Positions 52,670 to 64,000 of a stretch of 64,000 bases of DNA are shown here, in pieces. This DNA comes from Octopus vulgaris (lineage: Eukaryota). Location: NCBI GenBank assembly GCA_951406725.2, contig OX597814.1, positions 104,656,001 to 104,720,000 of the forward strand, in the 5' to 3' direction. How positions within the stretch are numbered: position 1 is the first letter of the stretch; each line of letters opens with the position of its first letter. A program made the translations under genes and the position numbers. Below the pieces are notes generated by a model that was not told the origin of the DNA, made no database searches, and was given only the letters and a program-made list of their open reading frames with translations.

Positions 52670-53880
52670 ATACTTAAGAGTTTTCTACGAGAATTTTCTT
52701 GTATGGAAACAAGAAAAGAAGTTTCCTCTTTCTCTTTAGAATATTTTAATTTTTCAATGACATAAAAGTTAACTTTACTGTAGTGTCCAGTTTATTTAGA
52801 TGTCTGACGTTATATGCTACTTTTCAAAGTTCTTCATTTTCTCGATCTTTAGTTGCTTGATGTATTTTGACAGTGGAGTGTAATTTCGCTTACACTTCTG
52901 AACGAATGTACTTGTTCTTTATATCGCACCTTGAAAGAGTTACCGGTAAGGCCGCTGTATCTTCTCATCTTGCTATTCCAGTATGAAACATCTGCTCTAC
53001 ACAAGCTAGCTTTGGAAGTTTATTATTATTTTTAGAACAACTGGCATTCTAAATCCGATATCTCACTGAGATGCTGGCGCATTGTTTCATGCTTTATATA
53101 TATGTGTATATATATATATGGCCCTTATGTTACTTAGAAATAACTAGCTTTCACGGAATTCCTATAAAACCATTTTTCTATATATGAGATGTGCAGAAAT
53201 GACAGTACTAATTATTTTGAACACTCAAATCAGTGAAAGTACTTTAACACATTGTAAAGCAAATCCATTCCGCTGGGTTCATGAATTTAATAGGAAAACG
53301 TAAAACATATTTTACGCAGCTTTGAAAAAAAATTTGATTTTTTCTTTGCTCATATATTTTTTGTTTCATACATCTACCTAGCAAGATGATACCTTTTCTA
53401 TACAATGCGTAAGCATAGAACAGTATATGAACACAGGAGCCTGTTTGTGGCAATTGCAGCGTGTAAAGTTCTATCTAGATAGGCAATGTACTTGCATTTT
53501 GTAATAAATCTAAGCAATTTTCTGCCTGATTGAAACTGCATGCATTGGTCCTAGTTTACAAACCGACAGTAAATTATAGAAAATAAATCACAGTGAGGCT
53601 AATACGATAACAACGCGGCGCCCAATAAATTCTTTGAATGGATTCTGTAATCAATATCATATCAATAGGGTGTCAAATTATATTTCAATATCTGTTCACA
53701 GGTTACCTCCATTGCAGATATGATCACTTCAAAAGGACTTCCCTTGATAATATGTAGCGAAGCTTCTAGTCTCAATGCTTCTGATAAGGGAAGACTGAAA
53801 GGCGAGCTGTGCTGATTTCCACCATATTAACTCGTTCGGATTTGGAAATTTATTTCTCTTTAATAACCTAAAGACAGAGG
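52670..53880 (-). mobile_element. Highly decayed PLE 3' part (Naiad-like thumb plus GIY-YIG)
   Basis: Minus-strand remnants: PYQKH...LRYI, FYRNSVKASY (FNRNTVKxSY-like), RRYSGLTGNSFKVRYKEQVHSF, LSKYIKQLK, SCFHTRKF. Confidence 0.62.
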
Positions 53881-54014
53881 CAACTTTAAAAACAAACACA
53901 TAACATTAACTGTAATTTCCTGCATCGGGTTCAACCGAACAAATTAAATGAATATTCTACTTTCTTTAGTTATTTACTACAACTAAAACACACACAGACA
54001 GACACACACACATG

Positions 54015-54061
<47 letters not shown>

Positions 54062-55161
54062 ACAAATACATATATATGTACATATATGTATATTTATATA
54101 TATGTGTGTGTTTGTGCGAGTGGGTATATGTAACTACTCACGCCAACAGCTATATTTATAAATATCTACAACCAAACATGTAGATGTCAAGGCGTTTAAT
54201 TAACGAATATACATAAATAGATATATGTATAAACATTGAGTTTCATTGCACTCATACGTTCGCCCACACACACACACACACATCTGTCCGTAGCTGTATA
54301 TCAGCAAACTCTAAGTCAATAACAAACACACACACGCAATTACACCCAAAGGCATACGTGCGTATATATCAATGGCAGGCGTATGCATATGTATGCATGT
54401 ATATATGTGTGTGTATGTATGCATCTATATATGTATATGTATGTATATAAAAGCAAATATCCATCCATCCACAGATGTATGTGTATATACATCTATATGT
54501 GAGTGTGTGTGTATGTATAAATAAATGTATACGCAAACGTATATTCATACTTATTCCACACACACATGAAAACATAAAAAAAATACCTGTTATCTGTATC
54601 GAGTGTAAATAGGAATGTATTGTTGAGCGGTGATGTTAGGCCGCAGTAAATGGTAATAGTCAATTATCTTTGTATAACTGATTGTCTTCTTGTCCGCTGT
54701 AAAATAAACATTGGAGGCTTCAACATCTTTACATTAATGTAAACTGCTTTCTAAATATAGGAGAAGATTTGTTTGGAAGCTTTGGTAGAGACTGAGGGTG
54801 GACGATACGGTGAGGTGTGTTCGGATGAGTCAAGAAATATGAGTGAAATAAAAGCCGCACCCCCTCTCTTTCTCTCTCACCCTCTGTACGTGTATATACA
54901 TACATATATATATGTATATGTATGTATATATATATATATGTGAATATATATATATATATATATGTGAATATATATATATATATGTACATATATATGTATA
55001 TATATGTATATATGAATACATATACATATATATGTATATATATGTATATATGTATACATATATATATATAAATATATATATATGTACATATATATGTATA
55101 TATATATGTATATATGTATATATATATGTATATATATATGTATATATATATATATATATAT

Positions 55162-55359
55162 ATTTATTATATAGAAGGAGCTTCTACAGGACTAGAACTG
55201 TTTCATTCAAGAGAAATCTTCAGGAAGCTTCCTGAAGATTTCTCTTGAATGAAACAGTTCTAGTCCTGTAGAAGCTCCTTCTATATAATAAATTAATTTT
55301 ACTCTGCTATGTATTGAGTACCTTATTTACTGTGGTTAACCCCGAATCAACCCGGGACC

Positions 55360-55362
<3 letters not shown>
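55162..55362 (+). mobile_element. Fold-back pLTR-like element: perfect 132-bp palindrome with an HHR core
   Basis: 55162-55293 is a perfect loopless palindrome centred on AAG|CTT; CTGAAGA-TTTC TCTT GAAT-GAAAC AGTTCTA GTC at 55232-55265; AATAAA; tail; (TA)n flanks. Confidence 0.82.
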
Positions 55363-55434
<72 letters not shown>

Positions 55435-56094
55435 ATATATATGCATAGATTTGTAAGTACATGTATATTCGTATGGTATGGTTGGCTTCTCTGCTGCAGT
55501 GTTTCAGGAATAAACACGAAATGATGCCACATTTTATTACCCGAGACATGACTGTAATTGTAGCCAAGTGTGAGGCTTGGACAAAGAGTTACCTTTCGTT
55601 GTTTTGACTTTATAAACAGAGAAAGCAGTATAACCGCCATGACCTTGTTGTACATCCTCGTTTATTGACGGGGTGGAAGTGAGGAAAGAGCTGATACGAT
55701 TTCTGATTTATTGCAACAGGATGTTACACATCAAGGTATGTCGCTTTCATACCAGAAACTGGAGATATGCTTGGGGTCCTGCAGCAGAACTGACTACACT
55801 GAAAGGCTTCTTGGGATAAAGTTGTGTTCAATTGAGCGTCTGATTTGCAAATTGGCAAAAATAAATGCGTGTAGCAGCATATTAGTGATGCGTGTCCGAT
55901 ATATTACTTAAAAACACATTAAGCAGAGTCCATTAAAATAAAGCAGTGTATTATTATATTTAACTTGATCGTGTACCTTCAAATGTGGAAAGATCTCATG
56001 GAAAAAAAATTCTCCTTATTGACAATACGTATGCGGGCCATGAATGATGATATTAAATAGTAGGACATGTGGTATCAGTCTCTTACCTCCAATC

Positions 56095-56206
56095 TTCAGT
56101 GTTTTCGTCGTGTAACGTGGGTCGTTTCGCTTTCCTGGAGGCCTTCTGACAAATTCTCGTTTATTAGAAAGCGAAACGACACATGTTACACGACGAAAAC
56201 AGTGAA
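56095..56206. repeat. MITE-like inverted repeat
   Basis: About 40-bp arms GTTTTCGTCGTGTAAC.TG.GTCGTTTCGCTTTC / GAAAGCGAAACGAC.CA.GTTACACGACGAAAAC. Confidence 0.8.
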
Positions 56207-56254
56207 TTTGTTGGATGCTTTGGGAGTACTTAAAAAAATGATGATTCAAGAAAG

Positions 56255-56913
56255 TTGGTTAAAATTGACGCTAACTTGAATAGTGCCAAATACATCCAGC
56301 TGCTGAAGGACAATTTGCTACCAGACTTGGATGAAGGTGAGAGATTTTTCAGCATGATGGAGTTCCATGCCACAGATCGTGAGCAACACAACCGAGTCTG
56401 GCTGATGAAGGTGTTACCGTATTGAAATATTGGCCAGCTCAGAGCCCTGATTTAAATATCATCGAGCAAATATGGACAGAACTAAAGAGAAAAGTCTGTC
56501 AGAAGAATCCATGCAACCATGAAGAGTTGTGGGAATTCAGCCACGGAGAATGGCATCTCATACCTGTCAAGATGGTGAAAGGTATGTACGCATCTCTTCC
56601 CAGGCGCATTGAAGCAATTATTCAAGCTAAAAGAGAAGCCACACGAAATATTAACAGTGTACAGTAACTTCTTGAAATGAACGTTATGTAATCAATTTTC
56701 ATTATAATGTATCTTGATTGGTTTATGTGAAGTGGCCGATAACTTATGCACGGCTAATTTTGGTGGTCATCTCGCATCTTTCCTTTTCATTCAGAAACCC
56801 TACTAAAAATATAATGATTTGGTAGGGAATTGACTCCAACATCCACTTATAAGTTGGCAGTTAGTAGATATTTACAATAGTTTAAAGTGTCCGAAGACTT
56901 CTGCACGGTACTG
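56255..56913 (+). mobile_element. 3' half of a Tc1-like transposon with its right TIR
   Basis: NSAKYIQLL, FQHDGVPCH, WPAQSPDLNIIEQIW, SLPRRIEAIIQAK; ends ...GACTTCTGCACGGTACTG|TA; inner partial copy ACTTATGCACGG near 56740 (IR/DR-like). Confidence 0.88.
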
Positions 56914-57230
56914 TATATAAGTGGCACTGCTGGTACTGTGACGACAGTAATTGGCCGAGACTGGAAACAGTGTGGGCGATCGTTTCCGTTCCAAATTGTT
57001 AGATGTCTGACATCCTGAAACCAATGACTCTCGACTCGGGTCTCACCTGTGCGTTTTGATTTTATTTCGTCTGGATTAGATCGTGGAAACACTTCTTTTG
57101 TGACTTGATGCGGACTGAGAGGAGTGACTTCTATTATTTCTGAGCAATTCGAAAGAACCTATGTGTAGTTTACATAACGAACTTTAAAGTTAGATATACA
57201 AATTTGTTTATATATATATATATATATATA

Positions 57231-57457
57231 CTTTATTTTAAGCAGCAGAAAATTCAACAAAATCTGTTACTCTGAGTTTCTCGTTGCCGTTCATCAGACA
57301 GTTTTTTCTAGCAAAAACTGTCTGATGAACGGCAACGAGAAACTCAGAGTAACAGATTTTGTTGAATTTTCTGCTGCTTAAAATAAAGCATATTACTCTA
57401 CCACTGGTATTTGAGTACTCTTTTTTCCACCTTGTTTCACATTTATGTGTTTACTAC

Positions 57458-57459
<2 letters not shown>
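57231..57459 (+). mobile_element. Fold-back pLTR-like element: 158-bp palindrome with a minimal HHR
   Basis: 57231-57388 palindrome with one mismatch, centred on CT|AG; AATAAA; unique tail; (TA)n flanks. Confidence 0.85.
57313..57360 (+). ncRNA. Minimal type I hammerhead ribozyme (mirror copy on the minus strand at about 57259-57306)
   Basis: CTGT-CTGATGA-ACG GCAA CGA-GAA-ACTC A GAGT-A-ACAG; GUA cleavage site at 57351; near-palindromic stem III. Confidence 0.72.
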
Positions 57460-57520
<61 letters not shown>

Positions 57521-57761
57521 CTATATATATGTTCAAATTGTGAATGGTTGGCATTTTAATCGTGGGTCGATGGTGTTGTAGAGACAGTAACTTAACGTTC
57601 TTTACTGTGTCTGAGGTCCTTCTAGAAGCAGGTGCCAACCTCGCAAAGGTTTCCATACATGGAAACGCAACGAAAGAATGATAAGTCAATATGTTCGCAA
57701 CGTCCATGCAACCGCGTGGGATACTGGGTATTGGTTAAGCATATAACTGTGTATTTAGTGT

Positions 57762-57990
57762 GGCGGATGGTTTAGTGGTGAGGGTGTTGGACTCACGATC
57801 ATGAAATATGGCTTCGATTCCTGTTCCAGGCCATGTATTGTGTTCTTGAGCAAAACACTTCATTTCACGTTGCTCCAGTCCACTCAGCTGGCGAAAAGGA
57901 GTAATCCCGCGACGGATTGATTATTTGGCATCTCATACGGGGAAGAATATATCCATCAGAGAAACCAGGAGACCAGTAACCCAGCCCTGT
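57762..57990 (+). mobile_element. SINE family C (tRNA head, CORE-like)
   Basis: TGGTTTAGTGG A-box, GCTTCGATTCC B-box, TTGTGTTCTTGAGCAAAACACTT...CTCCAGTCCACTCAGCTGG. Confidence 0.7.
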
Positions 57991-58534
57991 GCTCCTTATA
58001 GAGTAATGACGACTAACCATAACTATGCATTTAAGGATACATTTAAACAAAATAGTTTTAGTAAACGAAGGATTAAAAAAAACTAGTTCCGTGTTTGACA
58101 AAGAGAAAAGAAACCGAAAAGAACCAGCAATACCCACGTTTCGTTTGGAGCAGTAAGCTATACAGTCTCCCGCCACATGGACACACACACGCAATAAATC
58201 TGTTGATGCACCCGAGCGATAAATTAAAGTACTCAATACAAACATAAAGCACTCTTTATTGGATGATGATTGAAAGGCCCCGATTAGTGTTTCATTCAGA
58301 CTTTCATTTCATATTTGAAAACAAAAAAAAATATTGAGACATTTAAAAGAAAACAAGCTCGGATGACCAGGAGGTGATCAGGAACGAGCAGTCCGGAGTA
58401 TTGGAAATCGGAGCCTTTGAGTTATAATGCGCACGTGCGCGTGAATAAAACAGTTTACAAAGAAACTGAGAGGTGAACTTGAAATCAAGTGCTTAAGAAT
58501 TTCACTTCTTGTATGTGTGTATATATGTTTATGA

Positions 58535-58565
<31 letters not shown>

Positions 58566-59229
58566 CATACATACATACATACATACATACATGCATACAT
58601 ACATAGCAGTACCAGGCAGTGGCACACATGGTTGTTGATCTTAACTGATTGGAAGTGTTATCATGTACATTGTTTTGTCTTGGTATAAAAGATGGGCTAC
58701 AGCAAATATTCTGCTCAATAACCACAGATTTGCTTGTCAGTTGTTTGACCGTAACCAGTTGAGCATGTCCCTTAGTGACTGACGATATGTGCATCTCTGA
58801 TCACGAGCAGAAGTAGTGGGGGAGCATCATAGCCATCTGTTGAGAAGAATTCTTTGGGGTTTAAATAATTAATCTCAGGGAACATGAGTGTTTTGTTCAT
58901 CATCCTTAAACAACCCTTATTCAGGGACCTTTTGAGCAGTATGGACTACTCAAGATGAAGAAAATTCTCACTGGGCCCCACTTGCAATGTCATGCGCTTT
59001 TTATCTTGATATGAGATCACCATGTCGTGCACATTATGGTTGTGATGCATGTGCCTGGTGTACCCTTATCAGACGGGTAGTCATGGTGGGTATACTAGGC
59101 TTTGTATATTTTACCCCAGTGTCACTTTGATGGCATGCACTACTCTCTCTCACTCTCTCTCACTCTCTCTCTATAGATAAACGTATAATACATACATCCA
59201 TACCCGCATACAACTATATACATTTGTGT

Positions 59230-59558
59230 GGCGCATGGAGCGTCAAGCTCACAATCATGTGGTAGTGAGTTCAATTTCCGGACCGTTCTGTGTGTTGTGT
59301 TCTTGAGCAAGATATATTATTTCACATTGCTGCAGTTTACTCAGCTAGAGAAATGAGTTCCGACGTCACTGGCGCTAAGCTGTATCGGCCCCTTTGCCTT
59401 TCCCTTGGATAACATCGGTGAGGTGGAGAGGGAAGGCTGGTATGCATGGGCGACTGCTGGTCTTCCATAAACAAACTTGCCCGAACTTGTACCTCGGGGG
59501 GAACTTTCCAGGTGCTATCCCATGGTCATTCATGACCGAAGGGGGTCTTAACTCTTTA
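59230..59558 (+). mobile_element. SINE family C with a different 3' tail
   Basis: GAGTTCAATTTCC B-box, GTTGTGTTCTTGAGCAAGA core; tail is unlike those of the 42390 and 57762 copies. Confidence 0.65.
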
Positions 59559-59603
59559 TATAAATATACTATTTTGAAATGAACTAATTTGAGGGGTTTA
59601 TAA

Positions 59604-59636
<33 letters not shown>

Positions 59637-59685
59637 TAGTAGTAGCAGTAGTAGCAGCAGCACCAGCAGCAGCACCAGCAGCAGC

Positions 59686-59740
<55 letters not shown>

Positions 59741-59772
59741 ATAGTAGTAGCAGCAGCAGCAGCCGCAGTAGT
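59604..59772. repeat. (TAG)n/(CAG)n compound microsatellite
   Basis: Read directly from the sequence. Confidence 0.95.
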
Positions 59773-60300
59773 GATATTCGTCATATGATAGAAAATGAAA
59801 AAGCAGTTGTAAAATATATATATGGCCTTCTCCATTCATCTACCCCGACCTCCACCCAGAACAATTTTGCTTGTTGCCTGCTGGAAATGAATTATTCTGA
59901 CACTATTGTTTAAAGGATTCTTCATGTGAATGAAGGGTCAATAGAACCAGCTCCCAGCTGCCATAACAGAGCCACAAAACACCCGTACTTCTTCTGGCTC
60001 TCATTTCCAGCTGACACCAGAAAAAGGTTGTGAATTCAAACGTATAAAAAGCAACACATTTTTATGCGTGGCTACGTCCCTTTACTGGGGATCCGTTTAG
60101 GGGAGAGAAAAGAAGAAAGGGAAAAAAATAAGAATGTCAAGGTAAGGGAGAGAGAGAGAGAAAGAGAGAGAGAGAAGGAAAGAATAAGAGGATGAAAAGT
60201 GAGAAGGAGAGGAAGAGAGGGAAAGAGAGTGAAGAAAGAGGGTGAGGAAAAGCAATAAACAGATATAGATGTATATAGAAGTGTAAATTGTGAATAAATA

Positions 60301-60696
60301 GGCGCAGGAGTGGCCGTGTGGTAAGTAGCCTGCTTACCAACCACATGGTTCCGGGTTCAGTCCCACTGCGTGGCACCTTGGGCAAGTGTCCTCTACTATA
60401 GCCTCGGTCTGACGAAATCCTTGTGAGTGGATTTAATAGACGGAAACTGAAAGAAGCCCGTCGTATATATATATGTATGTGTGTGTATATGTTTGTGTGT
60501 CTGTGTTTGTCTCCCCAATATCGCTTGACAATCGATGCTGGTGTGTTTACGTCCCTGTAACTTAGTGGTTCGGCAAAAGAGACCGATAGAATAAGTACTA
60601 GGCTTACAAAGAATAAGTCCTGGGGTCGATTTGTTCGACTAAAGGCGGTGCTCCGGCATGGCCAGAGTCAAATGACTGAAAAAAGTAAAAGAGTAA
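60301..60696 (+). mobile_element. SINE family B, full length, near consensus
   Basis: GGCGCAGGAGTGGCCGTGTGGTAAG (A-box), GGGTTCAGTCCC (B-box), CCTTGGGCAAGTG, internal (TA/TG)n, tail GTAAAAGAGTAAA. Confidence 0.93.
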
Positions 60697-60772
60697 ATGC
60701 ATATGTGCTTGTACGTCAAAATACATATACACATACAGACACACGCACGCACACACACACCCACACCCACAC

Positions 60773-60825
<53 letters not shown>

Positions 60826-61084
60826 CTCTCTTCATTATCGAATATTTCCTTTCTTAAGAGAGTTTTATTGAAAGAAATCTCTGTTTCCAGGATTGATGAA
60901 GATTTTCGAAGATTTAAATTGGTTACACTTAAAAAGGTATCTTTTCCATAATTAAATCACATGACTACGTTTTGGATAAAAATGTAAAAATGTAATCCTA
61001 ATGTAGGATTAACTCCTCCTGCTATACACTCCCTCAACAAGTTTTGGACTTGTGCCGAGTGAACAGGAAACACGAGACGATACA

Positions 61085-61252
61085 CGGCCATTTTAAGGGG
61101 TGGGCACAATGGGCAGTTACCGAAGGACCTTCATGAGTTTAGGGGCCTAGTTATGATCTATGTATATTGTTGTTTTCTGTCGATAAATAAATGCTAACGG
61201 GCCCAGCGCACTGATTTGTCCAGGGACCTATAATACTGTCAATGCAGACCTG
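61085..61252. mobile_element. Possible hAT-type MITE
   Basis: 8-bp flanks ACGATACA / ACGATACG; degenerate termini ending in CCTG; GGGCC motifs inside. Confidence 0.35.
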
Positions 61253-61463
61253 ACGATACGGTAGCGTAGCTAATAACAGTTGCAGCTCTGTAACCAATAT
61301 TGAACACCAAGCCCCACTTTTCATCTACCTATGACTGGTAACTTATGTACCAGAGTTGATGTAATACACTGCAAAATCTACCGTACATCTGTAATGATGC
61401 CTTTAAGTATTGTTGAAAGTGGGATGGCAGGGGTAGGGGGTCATACAATGATTCGGTTCAGAC

Positions 61464-61696
61464 CGGCGAGCTGGCAGAAACGTTGGCACGCCGGGCGAAA
61501 TGCGTAGCCGTATTTCGTCTGCCGTTACGTTCTGAGTTCAAATGCCGCCGAGGTCGACTTTGCCTTTCATCCTTTCGGGGTCGATAAATTAAGTACCAGT
61601 TACGCACTGGAGTCGATGTAATCGACTTAATCCGTTTGTCTGTCCTTGTTTGTCCCCCTCTATGTTTAGCCTCTCGTGGGTAGTAAAGAAATAGGT
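61464..61696 (+). mobile_element. SINE family A, near consensus
   Basis: GGCGAGCTGGCAGAAACG...GTAGTAAAGAAATAGGT. Confidence 0.92.
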
Positions 61697-61953
61697 TTGA
61701 TTATTGGTCCAGACAAACTCCATTGACAAATGGCATTGAAAAAGAATGAACTCCACGCATGAAAGGTCTTCTCCTTATCATTTTATGATTCGGTGTTTAA
61801 ACAATAGAAAAACAACTTCTAAAACCCTCAGAAAAGGATTTTGAATGTCTGAATGTCAACGAATTAAACTCGTGGAGCTGATTTGGGAGATATGAGGCGT
61901 GAACCTGGTTGAAACCATTGGAGATAATATTGCGGCGAGATGGACAATATTGT

Positions 61954-62545
61954 GGGCGAAATGCTTAGCGGTATTTCGTCTGCCGTTACGTTTTGAGTTC
62001 AAATTCCACCGAGGTCGACTTTGCCCTCCATTCTTTCGGGGTCTATAAATTAAGTACCAGTTACGCACTGGGGTCGATATAATCGACTTAATCCGTTTGT
62101 CTGTCCTTGTTTGTCTCCTCTGTGTTTAGCCCCTTGTGAGTAGTAAAGAAATAGGTATTTCATTTGTTGTTACATTCTGAGTTCAAATTCCGCCGAGGTC
62201 GACTTTGCCTTTCGTCCTTTCGGGGTCAATTAAATAAGTACCAGTTACGCACTGGGGTCGATGTAATCGACTTAATCCGTCTGTCTGTCCTTGTTTGTCT
62301 CCTCTATGTTTACCCCACTGTGGGCAATAAAGAAATAAATATTGCTTTCACATTTTGGAACAAGGCTAGCAATTTCAGGGGAAGGGGAAGCCGAATACAT
62401 CGGCCCCGAGTCTCAACTAGTTCTTCTTTTATCAACTCTCAAAGGATGAAAGGCAAAGTCGACCTCTGCAGAATTTGAACTCAGAACGTGCAGACGGACG
62501 AAATGTTAAGCAATTTGCCCGGTATGCAAACGATTCTGCAAGCTC
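61954..62545. mobile_element. SINE family A cluster: tandem dimer (+) followed by an inverted copy (-)
   Basis: 184-bp period (GGTATTT at 61970 and 62154); minus-strand copy at about 62345-62545. Confidence 0.85.
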
Positions 62546-62852
62546 GGATTAATATTAAACCTACAGGGGATGGCATGGTTGGGTACATGAGTGTGCATGT
62601 GTGTAAGTGTGTGAGTGCAAGTGTGTATACGTCTTTGTGTGCGTGTGTATGTTCATGTGCGCATGGGTGGGAGTTTACGACGTACCAGCATGCTTAAATC
62701 GAAACGGGTTCTCTGCCAGAATCGTTCTTGTAAGGTACACATGGCCATCTCTGGTTAATACCTTTCAATGTAGTCTTCTGAGGGAACAATTGTCGGTTTG
62801 TCGTGTTTTACGCCACGTTCATCTTCAATAGGAAAAGTAGGAAGATCACAAG

Positions 62853-63534
62853 TTTATCGACTACGTTTGGCGAACCGCTATCTTATTTCATCGATCTCTT
62901 TGGCGAACTGCTAAGATATTTTATCGTTCTCCTTTGGCGAACCGCTAGATTACTTTATCTATCTAGTTTGGCGAACAGCTTACTTATTTTATCGGTCACG
63001 TTCGGCGAACCCCTAATATTTTATCGATCATTTTTGGCGAACCGCTATGTTATTTTATCGACACGTTCGGCGAACCACCGAAGATATTTTATCGATCTCC
63101 TTTGACGAACCGCTAATTAATTTTTATCGATATCCTTTGGCGAACCGCTAGGTTATTCTATCGATCTCGCTGGCGAACCGTTAGATTATCTTATCGATCT
63201 CCTTTGGTGAACCACTAGGTTATTTTAACTATATCCTTTGGTGAACCGCTAGGTTATTTTATCGAGCTCCTTTGGCAAACCCCTAAGTTATTTTCTCGAA
63301 CTCTATTGTTGAACCGCTATGTTAATTTATTGATCTTTATGGGCGAAGTGCTAAATTTCTTTATCGAATTCTTTTGGCGAACCTCCAGGTTATTTTATGG
63401 AGAAACCTTTGGCGCTAAGTTATTTTATTGATTTCGTTTGGCGAAGGGCTAATTTATTTTAACGTTCTCCTTTGCCGAACCGCTAAGTTATTTTATCGAT
63501 CGCTTTTGGCGAAGCACTAAGTTATTTCATCGAT
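62853..63534. repeat. 34-bp minisatellite, about 20 diverged copies, derived from SINE B
   Basis: Consensus TTATTTTATCGATCTCCTTTGGCGAACCGCTAAG vs SINE B segment TTATTCTATCGGTCTCTTTTGCCGAACCGCTAAG (37403-37436). Confidence 0.9.
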
Positions 63535-63558
63535 TAGTAATTTAAGCGCGGAAATCAT

Positions 63559-63602
63559 GATGAGGACGAATATCCGTCAAATGTAAATAGTATAAATAAT
63601 GT
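63559..63602 (+). mobile_element. 3' tail remnant of the PLE pLTR family seen at 21616-21658
   Basis: GATGAGGACGAATATCCGTCAAATGTAAATA matches GATGAGCACAAATATCCGTCAATTGTAAATA. Confidence 0.6.
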
Positions 63603-64000
63603 GCCTATTCTTTGTTTTGCAGGGTCTGTTTGAAGCGACTTGCTGGATTGCTGGTTTTGAGATCAGGGCTATGGTGGATTGTTTACCACAGAAAGAAAAG
63701 TTACATTTGTAATTAAGGGAAAATAATGTAAGTTCGTTTATTGAATAATGCGGTGAAAATTGGGCGGAGAAGCTTTCAGTCCAAAATATCCGATTACACT
63801 TCTTGCCATAGAACACGGATATACCAGAGTCTGAGAGTGAAAAAATATCTCTCATATATTACAGGCCAAGAATGGTGAATTTTAGAGGTATTTTTGTCTC
63901 AACTTTTGTTAATTTTCCGAATTTCATTATAATGTTGTATTTTGTTGTTATCGTTGAACCAAACTCTTTCTCTGAACTATAGTATCTCTCTCCCCTCCTC

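Noticed and set aside
53702-53815. Plus-strand exon VTSIADMITSKGLPLIICSE... after a CAG acceptor
   Set aside because: It lies antisense within the decayed PLE region, has only a GC donor and shows no recognisable protein.
58603-59155. Segment that looks like an interspersed repeat
   Set aside because: No second copy, termini or coding motif within the window, so it cannot be classified.
62853-63534. CRISPR array
   Set aside because: No unique spacers, units are contiguous and degenerate, no cas genes, eukaryotic context, and the unit matches a SINE segment.

Overview
Eukaryotic, AT-rich, repeat-dominated window that looks intergenic or intronic; there are no prokaryotic features. The tRNA-derived SINE families and the very high microsatellite density suggest an octopus (cephalopod) genome, which is an inference from recognition. 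No intact host gene is evident, and most ORFs in the track are translated microsatellites. Contents: four decayed Penelope-like retroelements (PLEs) from at least three lineages, a full-length but frameshifted mariner, two Tc1 remnants, a DD37D (maT-like) remnant, two CR1/Jockey-group LINE fragments, a two-C2H2-finger fragment, a probable solo LTR, a Helitron-like element, several MITE-like inverted repeats and dozens of SINE copies from three families. The most notable signal is a set of about 12 hammerhead ribozyme (HHR) or HHR-like motifs in short non-coding elements, most of them beside (TA)n. These include a ~496-bp terminally redundant unit with an intact type I HHR (retrozyme-like), three unrelated fold-back palindromes carrying HHR-like motifs on both strands, and a PLE 3' end in which a tRNA-like Pol III head sits just upstream of an HHR. 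A 34-bp minisatellite of about 20 copies derives from an internal SINE segment. Coordinates were read by eye, and the ends of degenerate elements are approximate.
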